A DNA stretch of 64,000 nucleotides from Elusimicrobiota bacterium (GCA_016234805.1 JACRNU010000054.1:24329-88328); one strand, 5' to 3'. Positions 43,932-53,995 are shown, numbered from the stretch's first letter. The notes: a model not told the origin generated them from the letters alone. Translations and numbers: made by a program.

Positions 43932-46772
43932 ATGGTAGAATCGTCTCCGGTGGACAAGATACGCATCGTCGGCGCGCGCCAGCATAACCTCAAGAACATC
44001 ACACTGGAGCTTCCCAGGGGCAAGATGATCGTGCTGACAGGGCTTTCGGGGTCAGGGAAATCCTCCCTGGCCTTTGACACGCTCTATGCCGAGGGCCAGC
44101 GCAGGTATGTGGAGAGCCTCTCGGCTTATGCGCGGCAGTTCCTCGAGATGATGGACAAGCCGGACGTGGACCTCATCGAGGGGCTTTCGCCTGCCATCTC
44201 CATCGAGCAGAAGAACCCCTCTCACAACCCGCGCTCGACCGTGGCCACGGTCACGGAGATCTACGACTACATGCGCCTGCTCTACGCCAGGGTGGGCCTG
44301 CCGCACTGCCCGCAGTGCGGCAGGCCGATCAAGGCGCAGTCAGCGCAAGCCATCGTCAACGAGATACTGCGCAAGCACGACGGCCGATCCGTGACCTTTT
44401 ACTCCCCCCTGGTGCGGGGCAGGCAGGGCACTTACGAAGAGTTGTTCAAGCGGTTGAAGCGCTCCGGGTTCCAGGCAGTGCGTGTGGACGGCAAGCCGCG
44501 CGACCTGGACACGGTGCCGTCTTTGACGCGGTACGGGAAGCATACCATCGACCTTTTCGTGGACAAGCTGAAGGTGTCCGGGGATGACAAGGCCAGGCTG
44601 ACGGACTCGGTGGAGATCGCTCTCAAGGAGTCGAAGGGGCTGGTGTTGGTCGAGCCTGGGGGCTCGGCCAAGGACGCGGCTGTCTTGAGCGAGCACCACG
44701 CCTGCCCTGAGTGCGGGGTGAGCCTGCCGGAACTGGAGCCGAGGCTGTTCTCCTTCAACTCACCCTACGGCGCCTGTCCCACCTGCGACGGGCTGGGAGT
44801 CAAGACCGAGGTGGATGGTTCCTTGGTGGTCCCGGATCCCGGGCTCTCGGTCAATGACGGGGCCTTGGTGGCTTGGTCGGACCCGATCACGACCCGCACG
44901 AACAGGTGGAAGAAGTCCTGGTCAGGGTATTACACGGAGATCCTCCAGCAGGTCTGCCGGCAGCACGACATCAACATGGACAAGCCGTGGAAGGACCTTC
45001 CAGCCAAGCAGAAGCAGATCCTGTTCTACGGAGGCGGGACTTACAAGCCGTCCTGGGCGAAGAACGAGCAGGAGTTCGAGGGCGTCATCCGGAACCTGGA
45101 GCGCAGGCTCTCGGAGTCCGAGTCGGATTTCGTCAAAGGCGCGGTCGTGGACCGGTTCATGCGCAAGCGGACCTGCCCTTCCTGCAAGGGGGCCCGCCTC
45201 AAGCCCGAGGCCCTGGCGGTCAAGGTGGGCGGGCAGGGCATCGATCGGACCACGGGGTTGTCCGTGGCCAAGGCCTCGGAGTTCTTCAAGGGGCTGGACC
45301 TGAACGCGAGCGAGCTCTCGATCTCCAAGCCCATCCTCAAGGAGATCAACTCGCGCCTGGAATTCCTCATGAGCGTGGGGCTGGATTACCTCACCCTGGA
45401 CCGCGCCTCGGAGACCCTGGCCGGCGGGGAGTCCCAGCGCATCCACCTGGCCACGCAGATCGGGTCAGGCCTGACCGGGGTCCTGTATGTGCTCGATGAG
45501 CCCACCATCGGCCTGCATCCGCGCGACAACACGCGCCTGCTGGCCACTTTGAAGCGGCTTCGGGACATCGGCAACACCCTGGTGGTGGTGGAGCATGACG
45601 AGGAGACGATCCGCGCCGCGGATTGGATCGTGGACCTGGGCCCTGGAGCGGGCAAGCACGGCGGAGAGGTCGTGGCTCAAGGCACGGTGGACGACATCGT
45701 CAATGAGCCGCGGTCCCTGACAGGGGCCTATCTTTCGGGCAAGCTCAAGCCTCTCCAGCGGCTGGAACGGAGGAAGGCCAAGGGCTCCCTGCGGGTCCTG
45801 GGCGCCAAGCAGTTCAACCTCAAGGACATCGACGTGGAGATCCCCCTGGGCATGTTCGTGTGCGTCACCGGGGTCTCGGGGTCGGGCAAGTCCACCCTGG
45901 TGCACGAGGTCATCTGCAAGGCCCTGGCCGCGGACCTGCACGGCGCCAAGGAAGCGGCGGGACAGCACCGCGCCATCAAGGGCATCGAACAGTTGGACAA
46001 GGTCGTGGTGGTCGACCAGAGCCCCATCGGCCGGACCCCGCGCTCCAACCCCGCCACTTACACGGGCCTATGGGCCCCTATCCGCGAGCTCTTCGCCATG
46101 ATGCCGGAGTCCAAGGCCCGCGGTTACAAGCCGGGCAGGTTCTCCTTCAACGTCAAGGGCGGCAGGTGCGAGAACTGCCAGGGAGACGGCACCCTGCGCA
46201 TCTCCATGCAGTTCCTGCCGGACGTGTACGTGCAGTGCGACGAGTGCCACGGCCACCGGTTCAATGACGAGACCCTGACGGTCCGGTACAAGGGCAGGAG
46301 CATCGCCGAGGTCCTGGCCATGAGCGTGGAAGCGGCCTCGGAGTTCTTCCAGGTCCACACCCCCATCAAGCGGGTCCTGACTACCCTGCAGGACGTGGGC
46401 TTGGGCTATATCGCCCTGGGCCAGAGCGCGACCACGCTCTCAGGCGGCGAGGCCCAGAGGGTCAAGCTTGCCACGGAACTCTCGCGCAGGGGCACGGGCC
46501 GGACCCTCTACATCCTGGACGAGCCCACCACGGGCCTGCACTTCGCGGACACGGCCAAGCTCCTCGAGGTCCTCCACCGGCTGGTGGATTCGGGCAACAC
46601 GGTGCTCGTCATCGAGCACAACCTGGACGTGGTCTCGACCGCGGACTGGGTCGTGGACCTGGGCCCTGAAGGAGGCGACCGCGGGGGTCATGTCGTGGCT
46701 GTGGGCCACCCCAAGGACATCGCCAACCACCCATCTTCCCACACCGGCCGCTACCTAGCTGCCCTCAAGTAG
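43932..46772 (+). CDS. uvrA: Excinuclease ABC subunit A
   Basis: Two ABC ATPase modules ([14 protein letters not shown]..., [11 protein letters not shown]...), zinc fingers (CPECG..., CENCQGDG...CDEC) and LSGGE signatures, 946 aa from the ATG at 43932. Confidence 0.95.
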   Translation: MVESSPVDKIRIVGARQHNLKNITLELPRGKMIVLTGLSGSGKSSLAFDTLYAEGQRRYVESLSAYARQFLEMMDKPDVDLIEGLSPAISIEQKNPSHNPRSTVATVTEIYDYMRLLYARVGLPHCPQCGRPIKAQSAQAIVNEILRKHDGRSVTFYSPLVRGRQGTYEELFKRLKRSGFQAVRVDGKPRDLDTVPSLTRYGKHTIDLFVDKLKVSGDDKARLTDSVEIALKESKGLVLVEPGGSAKDAAVLSEHHACPECGVSLPELEPRLFSFNSPYGACPTCDGLGVKTEVDGSLVVPDPGLSVNDGALVAWSDPITTRTNRWKKSWSGYYTEILQQVCRQHDINMDKPWKDLPAKQKQILFYGGGTYKPSWAKNEQEFEGVIRNLERRLSESESDFVKGAVVDRFMRKRTCPSCKGARLKPEALAVKVGGQGIDRTTGLSVAKASEFFKGLDLNASELSISKPILKEINSRLEFLMSVGLDYLTLDRASETLAGGESQRIHLATQIGSGLTGVLYVLDEPTIGLHPRDNTRLLATLKRLRDIGNTLVVVEHDEETIRAADWIVDLGPGAGKHGGEVVAQGTVDDIVNEPRSLTGAYLSGKLKPLQRLERRKAKGSLRVLGAKQFNLKDIDVEIPLGMFVCVTGVSGSGKSTLVHEVICKALAADLHGAKEAAGQHRAIKGIEQLDKVVVVDQSPIGRTPRSNPATYTGLWAPIRELFAMMPESKARGYKPGRFSFNVKGGRCENCQGDGTLRISMQFLPDVYVQCDECHGHRFNDETLTVRYKGRSIAEVLAMSVEAASEFFQVHTPIKRVLTTLQDVGLGYIALGQSATTLSGGEAQRVKLATELSRRGTGRTLYILDEPTTGLHFADTAKLLEVLHRLVDSGNTVLVIEHNLDVVSTADWVVDLGPEGGDRGGHVVAVGHPKDIANHPSSHTGRYLAALK

Positions 46773-46793
46773 CCCCAGATGGGGCCATACAAT

Positions 46794-46842
46794 GGTGTCA
46801 GACGTTAAGCTGTGAAGTGTTCGTTTCTTAACGTCTGACACC
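46794..46842. terminator. Perfect 16-bp-stem hairpin GGTGTCAGACGTTAAG-(17 nt)-CTTAACGTCTGACACC between convergent uvrA and the peptidase gene
   Basis: Read directly from the sequence. It has relatively low GC and is followed by CACCAGCA repeats. It is a likely bidirectional terminator. Confidence 0.6.
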
Positions 46843-46874
46843 AGCAGGGGACACCAGCAAAGCACCAGCAACGC

Positions 46875-47813
46875 CTATCGGCGGAAGGAGTCGAAGCCCT
46901 TGGCTTCGATGGGGGTGGCCAGGCCTCCGGGCGCGGTGGCCGAGGCTGAGACGCGCTCGACCTTGCGCTGGTGCTTGGGGTCCGCCAGCCAGGCGCGCCA
47001 GGACTTTTCGAGCTTGTCGAGGGTCTTGTAGCGGTAGCCGGTCCAGAGGGCGTCCTCGAGCGGGGAGCCGTCCCTGAGCTTGGCGCAGAAGATCTTGAAC
47101 TGCATGGGCGACTGGTGTCCCCGGTGCAGGAAGAAGACCAGGGAGTAGGCCTGCACGTACCAGCCTGCCACGGACTTGTCGTCCTTGCCCTTGTCCTTCA
47201 TATCCACGGTGGGCGCGGTCTCGAGGAAGCCTGGCAGGGACATGAAGGTCTTGTGGTCCCAATAGGCCATGGTCTGGTACCAGTCCGACTTCTCGGGCTG
47301 GGTCGCGTAGGCGCCCTCCTCCATCATGGCCAGGCCCTCGTTGAGCCAGGTCGGAGGCTGCTTGTTGACCTCGCTCCAGTAGCCTTCGAAGAGCAGGTGG
47401 GTGGTCTCGTGGCCGATGACCTCGAGGAGCTTCTTGCGGTCCTCCTTCTGGTCGTAGACGATCACGGCCTTGCGGTCGTACATGGCCAGGCCGTTGGACC
47501 ACTCCGGGGGCTGGAACTCTCCTTTGACGTAGGAATCGCGGCCCTTGTAGAGATAGAGGGTCAGGCGCTCCTTGGCCATCCATGGGGAGAACATGGACAG
47601 GTCCATGCGCAGCCTGGAGTGGATCTTCTCGAGGCTGAGGGTGAAGCCGGGCGGCATCCATGGAGACTCGTGCTTGATGACGAAGTGCGGGGCCACGCTC
47701 TCGTTCCAGGAGTCGATGGCCGGGCAGCTGGAAGGGGCGAGCAGGGCTCCCAGGCACAGGAGAGGGCCGAGGATGCCTGTCTTCGAGGAGGGAAGGCCGG
47801 CCCGGATGCTCAT
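46875..47813 (-). CDS. Secreted MA-clan zinc peptidase-like protein (Peptidase_MA_2/DUF1570-like)
   Basis: Signal peptide, HETTHLLF (HExxH) and a downstream NEGLAMMEE third-ligand motif. Confidence 0.55.
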   Translation of the reverse strand: MSIRAGLPSSKTGILGPLLCLGALLAPSSCPAIDSWNESVAPHFVIKHESPWMPPGFTLSLEKIHSRLRMDLSMFSPWMAKERLTLYLYKGRDSYVKGEFQPPEWSNGLAMYDRKAVIVYDQKEDRKKLLEVIGHETTHLLFEGYWSEVNKQPPTWLNEGLAMMEEGAYATQPEKSDWYQTMAYWDHKTFMSLPGFLETAPTVDMKDKGKDDKSVAGWYVQAYSLVFFLHRGHQSPMQFKIFCAKLRDGSPLEDALWTGYRYKTLDKLEKSWRAWLADPKHQRKVERVSASATAPGGLATPIEAKGFDSFRR

Positions 47814-47857
47814 TCAGGAAGATTAACAGATAATTTAATTGTTCGCCAGGGGCCTTT

Positions 47858-49399
47858 TTGGTAAAATCTCCCTTCCAACCAACGATGAAGACCCTTTTCC
47901 TCAACCCCCCCTCATTCTCGGGATTCGATGGCGGAGCAGGGTCGAGGTTCCAGGCCCGGCGCGAAGTCCGGTCTTTCTGGTATCCGACCTGGCTGGCCCA
48001 GCCCGCGGCCCTTATCCCGGACTCCAAGCTCGTGGACGCCCCGGCTGACGGCCTGACCGTGGAGGACGCAGCCCGGATGGCGGCAGGCTACGAGCTGTGC
48101 GTCATGCACACCTCCACGCCTTCCTTCGACAACGACGTGAAGGTCGCGGAGCTCCTCAAGCAGCGCTACCCGGGCATCATGGTCGGGTTGGTGGGCGCTC
48201 ACGTGGCGGTCCTGCCCGAGGAGTCCCTCAAGGCCTCGTCCGCGGTGGATTTCGTGGCCCGCGAGGAGTTCGACTATTCCCTGCGCGAGGTGGCCCTGGG
48301 CGAGCCCCTGGACAAGGTCCGGGGCTTAAGCTGGCAGAAAGACGGCCGCATCCGCCACAACCCGGACCGCGAGCTCATCGCGGACATGGACGAGCTTCCG
48401 AGCGTGCTCGATGTCTACAAGCGCGACCTCACCGTCGAGAACTACTACATCGGCTACCTCAAGCACCCCTATCTCTCGCTCTACACGGGCCGCGGGTGCC
48501 CGAGCCGGTGCACCTTCTGCCTCTGGCCGCAGACCGTGGGCGGGCACGTCTACCGCACCCGCTCTCCTGAGAGCGTCATCGGGGAGATGGCTCGGGCCAA
48601 GACCCTCTTCCCGCAGGTCAAGGAGTTCTTTTTCGACGACGACACCTTCACCGCGGACCTCGAGCGCGCGGCCGCCATCGCCCGGGGCCTCGGGCGGCTG
48701 GGGATCATGTGGTCCTGCAACGCCCGGGCGAACGTCCCCTTCGAGTACCTCAAGATCTTCAAGGAAGGCGGGCTGAGGCTCGTGGTCGTGGGCTACGAGT
48801 CGGGCAACCAGGCCATCCTCAACAACATCAAGAAGGGCATCCGCGTGGACATCGCCCGCCGGTTCACCAAGGACTGCCGCAAAGTGGGCGTCGCGGTGCA
48901 CGGGACCTTCATCTTGGGCCTGCCCGGCGAGACCCCTGAGACCATGGATGAGTCCCTGCGCTTCGCCTGCGACCTGGACATGGACACCATCCAGGTCTCC
49001 CTGGCCGCACCCTACCCAGGGACCGAGCTCTACCGCCAGGCCATGAAGAACAAGTGGTTCGACGAGAACTCCCTGGTGCGCAACGACGGCACCCAGGGCT
49101 GCACCCTGCAGTACCCGCACCTTCCTTCCGCGGCCATCACCGCGGGCGTGAAGCGCTTCTACAGCCGGTTCTACGGCAGGCCCAAGCCCATCCTGCGCAT
49201 GCTCGTGAAGATGGCGCTCGACCCCGAGGAGCGGCGCCGCAGGCTCCGCGAGGGCAAGGAATTCCTGAGCTACCTGCGCGGCCGCGACGGGTGCGAGTGC
49301 CTGGCGCAAGGGCGCCAGGTCCCCGGAGGGCAGACGTCCTCCGCTCCCGGAGGGGGCGAGGCTCAAAGACGCGTCGAGAAAGAGGGCGTCGATGCTTGA
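47858..49399 (+). CDS. hpnJ: B12-binding radical SAM protein, HpnJ-like (hopanoid side-chain cyclitol ether formation)
   Basis: MKTLFLNPPSFSGFDGGAGSRFQARREVRSFWYPTWLAQPAA N-terminus. B12-binding and radical SAM core with an unusual CxxxxCxxC spacing (CPSRCTFC). The C-terminal ~30 aa are encoded by 57-bp repeat copy G. Confidence 0.65.
   Translation: MVKSPFQPTMKTLFLNPPSFSGFDGGAGSRFQARREVRSFWYPTWLAQPAALIPDSKLVDAPADGLTVEDAARMAAGYELCVMHTSTPSFDNDVKVAELLKQRYPGIMVGLVGAHVAVLPEESLKASSAVDFVAREEFDYSLREVALGEPLDKVRGLSWQKDGRIRHNPDRELIADMDELPSVLDVYKRDLTVENYYIGYLKHPYLSLYTGRGCPSRCTFCLWPQTVGGHVYRTRSPESVIGEMARAKTLFPQVKEFFFDDDTFTADLERAAAIARGLGRLGIMWSCNARANVPFEYLKIFKEGGLRLVVVGYESGNQAILNNIKKGIRVDIARRFTKDCRKVGVAVHGTFILGLPGETPETMDESLRFACDLDMDTIQVSLAAPYPGTELYRQAMKNKWFDENSLVRNDGTQGCTLQYPHLPSAAITAGVKRFYSRFYGRPKPILRMLVKMALDPEERRRRLREGKEFLSYLRGRDGCECLAQGRQVPGGQTSSAPGGGEAQRRVEKEGVDA
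49300..49357. repeat. 57-bp repeat family copy G (canonical), in frame at the 3' end of hpnJ
   Basis: CCTGGCGCAAGGGCGCCAGGTCCCCGGAGGGCAGACGTCCTCCGCTCCCGGAGGGGGC encodes ...LAQGRQVPGGQTSSAPGGGEA... Confidence 0.8.
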
Positions 49400-50681
49400 G
49401 GCCTTCCTCGCGGACCCGCCCTCGCTGACCGAGCTCATCAAGAGCGTTTTCAGCGTGGCCGCGGGGTTCGCGGGGGTCTTCTCCGCGGGATTCTGCCTCT
49501 CCTCCGCGGTATGCGGGAGCTTCGTTCTGCGGCCCAAGCGCCGCGCCGAGGTCCCTGACGCGGACCTGCCGCCGGTCACGATGCTCAAGCCTCTCAAGGG
49601 CCGCGACCGGGGGCTCTACCAGAACCTGGCGAGCTTCTGCAGCCAGGACTACCCCCGCTTCCAGATCGTCTTTGCGCTCGACGACACGAACGACCCGGCC
49701 GCGGAGGTCATCGAAGAGCTCAAGAAGGACTTCCCCGAGACGGACATGGAGGTCGTGGTCTCCTCCACGCGCATCGGCTGCAACCCCAAGATCAACAACC
49801 TCGCCAACGCCTACCACCGGGTCAAGCACGATACCCTCGTGATCGCGGACTCGGACATCAGGGTGAGGCCGGACTTCCTGCGCGTTGCGGTGCGGCCCCT
49901 GAGGGATCCCCGCGTCGGCATCGTGACCTGCTTCTACAGGGCGTGCGGGGCCAAGGGCGTCTGGGGCATGATGGACGAGCTCGCCATCAACGCGCACTTC
50001 CTCCCTCAAGCCCTGACCGCGGCCTTCATGGGCGTCAAGTTCGCCATGGGCGCGGCCATCGTCCTGCGCCGGTCGGCCTTCGACAAGACCGGCGGGTTCA
50101 AGAACCTGGCGGACCACATCGCGGACGATTTCTTCCTGGGCCGGTCCATCCAGGCCGCGGGCTTCCGGCTGGCTTTCGCCGAGACCGTGGTGGACGTCAT
50201 CCCGGACGTGCACAGCTACGAGGAGCACATCCGGCACCAGATCCGGGAGCACCGGGTCATCCGCCTGTGCAAGCCCTCCGAATACGGGGGCATCCTCCTG
50301 CTCCACGGGTTCTCCCTGCTGACCCTGAGGATGGCTTTCGTGGGCCCCGACGCCCTGGGCGTGGGGCTCCTCGCCCTGCTCTGGGCCGTCAAGGCCGCCT
50401 CGGTGGCCTGGATCCAGGAGCGGCTCCTGGATGGCCGGGTCAACCTGCGCTCCCTGTGGCTCCTGCCGCTCAGCGAGTGGACGGCCTTCGCCTCCTGGAT
50501 CTGCGGCTTCGGGTACAACCGCGTGGTCTGGCGCGGCGTCTTCTACGCCATCCATCCCAACGGCAAGCTCACCCCGCTGACGCCTCCCCTGGCCGCCCGC
50601 GCGGGCGCGGGCGGTCTCCCATCGCCCTGTGCCGGCGGACGCTCGGTCCCGGCCGCCGGCGCGGGGGCGCCGACCGGATGA
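49392..50681 (+). CDS. hpnI: Glycosyltransferase family 2/21 (ceramide-glucosyltransferase-like), HpnI-like
   Basis: Motifs LKPLKGRDRGLYQNLASFCSQDYPRFQIVFALDD...IADSD...RVIRLC, adjacent to the hpnJ-like gene. Confidence 0.65.
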   Translation: MLEAFLADPPSLTELIKSVFSVAAGFAGVFSAGFCLSSAVCGSFVLRPKRRAEVPDADLPPVTMLKPLKGRDRGLYQNLASFCSQDYPRFQIVFALDDTNDPAAEVIEELKKDFPETDMEVVVSSTRIGCNPKINNLANAYHRVKHDTLVIADSDIRVRPDFLRVAVRPLRDPRVGIVTCFYRACGAKGVWGMMDELAINAHFLPQALTAAFMGVKFAMGAAIVLRRSAFDKTGGFKNLADHIADDFFLGRSIQAAGFRLAFAETVVDVIPDVHSYEEHIRHQIREHRVIRLCKPSEYGGILLLHGFSLLTLRMAFVGPDALGVGLLALLWAVKAASVAWIQERLLDGRVNLRSLWLLPLSEWTAFASWICGFGYNRVVWRGVFYAIHPNGKLTPLTPPLAARAGAGGLPSPCAGGRSVPAAGAGAPTG

Positions 50682-51726
50682 AGCTGGCGCCCAGGCCGTG
50701 AAGACCTTCGAGCGCGTCATCCTCGTCGTCGGCGCGCTCATGATGGCGGGCCTGCTGGTCAAGCTCGACCCTGCCGCGGTCTGGGCCAACATCGCGCAGG
50801 TGGGCTGGGGGTTCGCGGTCCTGGTCCTGATCCACCTCGCGGACCACCTCATCAATGCCCAGGCCTGGAGGCTCTCCTTCAACCCTTCGGAGGGCGCGGC
50901 CGTGCCCTTCTGGCGCCTGGTGACGGTCCGGATCGCGGGGGACGGGGTCAACTACCTCACCCCGAGCGCGACCATCGCGGGCGAAGTGGTGCGGCCCGCC
51001 ATGCTCGGCAGCGGAGTCCCGGTCGAGGCCAGGGTGGCCAGCGTGGTGGTGGCGAAGTTCACCCAGTCCCTGGGCCAGGCCCTCTTCATCCTCACCGGCA
51101 TCGTGTTCATCGCCGCGGCCCGCATCCCGGTGGCGGACGAGTTCAAGGGCTGGTTCTACGCCGCGGTGGCGTGCCTGACCACGGTCTTCACCGCTCTCAT
51201 CCTGTACGCGGTCCTGGTCCGCAAGGGGAGCGGGACTCCCGAGGGCCCGGGCGCGGAGCTCGGGCGGGACAGCCTGGGGTCCGGCTGGAGCCTCAAGTCC
51301 TTCAAGAAGCAGATGGGGTTCTACTTCCGCAGGCATCCGGGCAGGTTCGTCGGATCCATCCTCCTGTTCGCCCTCGGATATGTCTGGGGCACGATCGAAG
51401 CCTTCCTCATCTGCCGTTTCCTGGGCCTCTCCATCACCGTGACCATGGCCTACGCCATCGAGGTCCTTTCCTCGGCGTTCGACGGAGCCTTCTTCATGGT
51501 GCCGGCCAAGATGGGGACCGCGGAGGCGGGCAAGACCGCCATCTTCGCGGGCCTGGGCTACCCGGCCGCGACAGGGTTCGCGTTCGGGGTCGTGCGGCAC
51601 CTGCGCGAACTGGTCTGGGCGGCCTTCGGCTTCGCCCTGTTCTCCCTCCATCGCAGGGCTTCGGAGCGCCGCAGCGCGGGCCGCAAGGCGGGCCGGCCCG
51701 TCCCTGAGACCGCAGCTGTTCCCTGA
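50629..51726 (+). CDS. Flippase-like / lysylphosphatidylglycerol-synthase-TM-region family membrane protein (UPF0104; HpnL-like)
   Basis: 8 TM segments with VILVVGALMMAGLLVKLDPAAVWANIAQVGWGF...LINAQAWRL. The start is ambiguous: the ATG at 50629 overlaps hpnI by 53 nt, and a GTG at 50698 is the alternative. Confidence 0.55.
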   Translation: MPADARSRPPARGRRPDEAGAQAVKTFERVILVVGALMMAGLLVKLDPAAVWANIAQVGWGFAVLVLIHLADHLINAQAWRLSFNPSEGAAVPFWRLVTVRIAGDGVNYLTPSATIAGEVVRPAMLGSGVPVEARVASVVVAKFTQSLGQALFILTGIVFIAAARIPVADEFKGWFYAAVACLTTVFTALILYAVLVRKGSGTPEGPGAELGRDSLGSGWSLKSFKKQMGFYFRRHPGRFVGSILLFALGYVWGTIEAFLICRFLGLSITVTMAYAIEVLSSAFDGAFFMVPAKMGTAEAGKTAIFAGLGYPAATGFAFGVVRHLRELVWAAFGFALFSLHRRASERRSAGRKAGRPVPETAAVP

Positions 51727-51733
51727 GCCTTCC

Positions 51734-53164
51734 GTGACGGCATCCAGCCCTGGGTCCCAACTAGGGGCCTGGACTCTCTACGGGTTCTCCGTCCTGGTAT
51801 TCCTCCCAAGCCTTTTCAACGGTTTCGTTCTCGACGACCTGTTCTATATCGCGCACAACCCGGTGCTCCAAGAGCCTGGGCAGTGGCCCAGGTTCCTCTA
51901 CGACCATTCGAGCCTGCTCTCCGAGAGCTCCCTTTCGAGGCTCATCTGGAGGCCCCTGCTGGGCTTGAGCTATGCCGTGAACCGGTCGGTCCTCGGTCCT
52001 GCCCCATTCTGGTTCCACTTGCACGACAGCCTCCTTCACGGAGCCAATACCCTGTTGGTTCTGGCCCTCCTGCGCCGCCTGGCCGGGCCTGGACCGCACT
52101 CCTGGGCCGGAGCCCTGCTTTTTTGCTGCCATCCGGTCCAGGCGCAGTCCGTGGCTTACGCGGGCGCCAGACCCGGCCTCCTGTCCCTTTTCTTCTGTCT
52201 GGTCTCGTTCCTGCTCTATGCCGGCGCTTCCGGGGGAACCGGGCCCGGAAGGGCGCGCTTGGCCCTGTCTGCGGGAGCATTCTGCCTGGGACTGTTGTCC
52301 AAGGAATCCACCCTGTTCCTCCTGCCTGTCCTGGCTGCTTTCGAGTGGGTCGAGCGGCCTGGTGCCGGAGACCGCGCTGCCTGGGGCCGACGGCTGATGG
52401 TCTTCGCCGCGGCAGGGACCCTCTATCTCTCGGCAAGGGCCTTGGTCCTGGGCATCGGGGCTCAGCGCGGTCCATGGGGCGGCGACTGGATGATGCATTT
52501 CCAACTCGCGTCGCACGGCCTGTTCAAGACAGTATCCCTGGCATTCTGGCCCAAGGGCTTGCGCGAGCCCTATGGCTTCATCCTCTCTCCCGGCTTCATG
52601 GCTGAATCCGTGCTCATGGCCTCTTGCCTGAGCCTGGCAGCAGGGCTTGCGGTCTGGGGGGTGTGGAAGCGCCGGTCCTGGGGCTTCGCCCTGTTCTGGG
52701 CTTTCGCGGGCCTGCTGCCGGTCTCCAACATCGTGCCTTTCGGCGCTCTGGCCGCTGACCGCTACCTCTACGGGCCCATGGCCGGGGTCAGCCTTCTTGT
52801 CGCCCTGGCATTGAAGGGCCGGCTCTTCGGATGGGTCAAGGGGAGCTGCCTGGTCCTGGCCGGCGTCATGGCTTTTGCCTGCGTGGAGGCTCAATTGCAA
52901 TGGCGCAGCGGGTTCGTCCTGGACCTTTCAGCGTGCGCCGCGGCTCCCAAGGACCCGTATCCGCCCCTGCGTCTGGCCACCCACTACCTGGAATGGAGGA
53001 TGTTCTCCAGGGCTGAGGAGCTTTCGGTCCGTGGTCTGGAGCCTCAAGCGCCCCCGGATGTGCGCAGGCTCGCGCTCAAGAGGCTGGCCGTGATCCGCAT
53101 GAGCGCCGCCGACCGCGCCAAGGCCGGCCAGGACCATCTTCTCAAAGCCTCGCTCCTCCAGTGA
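51734..53164 (+). CDS. TMTC-like GT-C/TPR membrane protein (paralog 3)
   Basis: N-terminus FNGFVLDDLFYIAHNPVLQEP...LIWRPLLGLSYAVN matches the other two paralogs. The C-terminal TPR region is shorter. Confidence 0.55.
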   Translation: MTASSPGSQLGAWTLYGFSVLVFLPSLFNGFVLDDLFYIAHNPVLQEPGQWPRFLYDHSSLLSESSLSRLIWRPLLGLSYAVNRSVLGPAPFWFHLHDSLLHGANTLLVLALLRRLAGPGPHSWAGALLFCCHPVQAQSVAYAGARPGLLSLFFCLVSFLLYAGASGGTGPGRARLALSAGAFCLGLLSKESTLFLLPVLAAFEWVERPGAGDRAAWGRRLMVFAAAGTLYLSARALVLGIGAQRGPWGGDWMMHFQLASHGLFKTVSLAFWPKGLREPYGFILSPGFMAESVLMASCLSLAAGLAVWGVWKRRSWGFALFWAFAGLLPVSNIVPFGALAADRYLYGPMAGVSLLVALALKGRLFGWVKGSCLVLAGVMAFACVEAQLQWRSGFVLDLSACAAAPKDPYPPLRLATHYLEWRMFSRAEELSVRGLEPQAPPDVRRLALKRLAVIRMSAADRAKAGQDHLLKASLLQ

Positions 53165-53226
53165 GCTCCTTCGGCGCCAGCGCCTATCTTGATTTTCAGA
53201 TTCGGCTCTGGATAAAGGGTGGATTG

Positions 53227-53270
53227 TTTGTGTGCAACTTGTGAATTCCATATAATGACTGTGAACTTGG
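53227..53270 (+). promoter_or_regulatory. Promoter region of the two-component operon: TTGTGT-17 bp-TATAAT, with direct repeats TGTGCAACTTG / TGTGAACTTG
   Basis: The -35-like and -10 hexamers with 17-bp spacing were read directly. The 18-mer TGTGTGCAACTTGTGAAT recurs (17/18) at 58584-58609, upstream of the pilin gene. Confidence 0.5.
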
Positions 53271-53302
53271 GTACCCGTCGAAGGCGGGCTGGCGAGGAAA
53301 TC

Positions 53303-53995
53303 ATGCCGAAGATCCTGATGGTCGAAGACGAGGCGTGCATCATAGAAGCCGTGGAGAAGACCCTCGCCTCGGCCGGGGGTTTCTGCCTGGTCGCGGTGAA
53401 GGATCCCGACAGGGCCGTGTCCGCGGCCATCAGCGAGAAGCCCGACCTCATCCTCCTCGACATCCGGCTGCCCGGATCCGACGGCAGGCACATCCTGAAA
53501 GCCCTCAAGGAGAACGCCGCCACGAGGGTGGTCCCGGTCATCTTCCTGACCGGCATGTCCGGCGAGGGCGACAAGGTCATCGGCCTCAACATGGGCGCGG
53601 ACGACTATGTGGTCAAGCCCTTCGGGGCCATGGAGCTCATGGCCCGGATCCACGCGGTCCTGCGGCGCGTCCGGCCGCACTCCAGCCTCGATTCCGTCGA
53701 TATCGGGGGGCTCAAGCTCGACGCCGGAAGCCGCGGAGCGAGCTTCAAAGGCAAGCCTTTGCGGCTTCAGCCCAAGGAGTTCGAGATCCTTTTCCTGCTG
53801 GCCTCCGAGCCCGGACGGGCCCATACCCGCGGCTGGCTCATCGACAACACCTCCTCCTACGGCATGCCCGTGAACACCAGGAGCCTGGACACGCACATCA
53901 AGAACATCCGCAGGAAACTCGGGACAGGCGCCTGCCTCATCGAGACCGTTCCGAAAGTCGGCTACCGGTTCGTCTCGCCCCATGAGCGTCTTTAG
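53303..53995 (+). CDS. OmpR-family response regulator (receiver + winged-helix DNA-binding domain)
   Basis: Motifs ILMVEDEACI...DLILLDIRLPGSDG...IFLTGMS...KPF and a C-terminal trans_reg_C domain (LRLQPKEFEILFLLASEPGRAHTRGWLI...VGYRF). Confidence 0.85.
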   Translation: MPKILMVEDEACIIEAVEKTLASAGGFCLVAVKDPDRAVSAAISEKPDLILLDIRLPGSDGRHILKALKENAATRVVPVIFLTGMSGEGDKVIGLNMGADDYVVKPFGAMELMARIHAVLRRVRPHSSLDSVDIGGLKLDAGSRGASFKGKPLRLQPKEFEILFLLASEPGRAHTRGWLIDNTSSYGMPVNTRSLDTHIKNIRRKLGTGACLIETVPKVGYRFVSPHERL

